This document shows, in pieces, positions 63,562 to 64,000 of a stretch of 64,000 bases of DNA. Source of the DNA: an uncultured Deinococcaceae bacterium. Its GTDB lineage: Bacteria > Deinococcota > Deinococci > Deinococcales > Deinococcaceae. A model generated the notes under the pieces. It made no database searches and was not told the origin of the DNA. It saw nothing but the letters and a program-made list of their open reading frames with translations. How positions within the stretch are numbered: position 1 is the first letter of the stretch; each line of letters starts with the position of its first letter. Position numbers and translations under genes: made by a program. The DNA lies in the NCBI GenBank assembly GCA_964252075.1, contig CAXULY010000003.1, positions 49,459 to 113,458 of the forward strand. The letters run 5' to 3'.

Positions 63562-64000
63562 TTAACCGCGCGGCATGGCCTGGACGCGCGACGCGAACAC
63601 CTCCGCGTCGCCCGAGCGGACGGCGTCCAGGATGAGGCCCGCCGTGTACTCGGCGGTGTCGCCCTGCATCCCGGCGGGCGCGGGCGGCCTGGGGCTGCCG
63701 TCGCGCACGGCGTTCGCTGCGAAGCCCGTGTCGGTGATGAAGGGGTACACGACGCTCACCACGATGTGCTCCGGCGCGAGTTCCGCGCGCGCCACCAGCG
63801 AGAGGTTGTTCAGCGCGTGCTTGGTGGAGGAGTACGGCGCGAGGCCCGGAAACACCCGCTGCGTGGTGCCGGAACTGACGTTCACGATGCTGCCGCCGCC
63901 CTGCGCGCGCATGAGGGGAATGGCGGCCTGCATGGCGACCAGCACGCTCACCACGTTCAGGTCGAACAGCGCGCGGTACTCGGCGGGGTCGGCGCGCTCG
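63562..64000 (-). CDS. SDR oxidoreductase, C-terminal part (start beyond window)
   Basis: GGSIVNVSS, YSSTK. Confidence 0.88.
   Translation of the reverse strand, partial: ERADPAEYRALFDLNVVSVLVAMQAAIPLMRAQGGGSIVNVSSGTTQRVFPGLAPYSSTKHALNNLSLVARAELAPEHIVVSVVYPFITDTGFAANAVRDGSPRPPAPAGMQGDTAEYTAGLILDAVRSGDAEVFASRVQAMPRG

Overview
High-GC Deinococcus chromosomal DNA, judged from ddrC with an RDRM box, a DdrB homolog and many leaderless genes. Bases 1 to ~25,960 are the right part of a temperate siphovirus-like prophage integrated at the 3' half of tRNA-Arg(CCT), directly beside the host ddrC gene. The prophage carries neck, tail and head genes, terminase, a late promoter-terminator leader, a replication initiator with internal iterons, a long coupled early operon, an immunity region, two low-GC cargo genes and a tyrosine integrase. 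Most striking, it appears to hold a small copy of the Deinococcus radiation-response circuit: a repressor with a DdrO-like C-terminal domain (FRGERP versus the DdrO cleavage site LRGKRP), an adjacent IrrE/ImmA metallopeptidase, a DdrB ssDNA-annealing protein with an extra C-terminal domain, and a possible RDRM site upstream of the putative late regulator. A DUF3800-like cargo gene is followed by a compact multi-hairpin element resembling DUF3800-associated RNA motifs. Bases ~26,000-64,000 are ordinary host genes: ddrC, asparaginase, GH15, SDRs, dnaX, S41 protease, mgsA, TetR/P450, an APC transporter, a LacI-regulated alpha-galactoside ABC locus, a TPR-GGDEF-EAL protein, yebC and fatty-acid genes. 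All homology calls come from motifs recognised by eye and reference sequences recalled from memory, not database searches.
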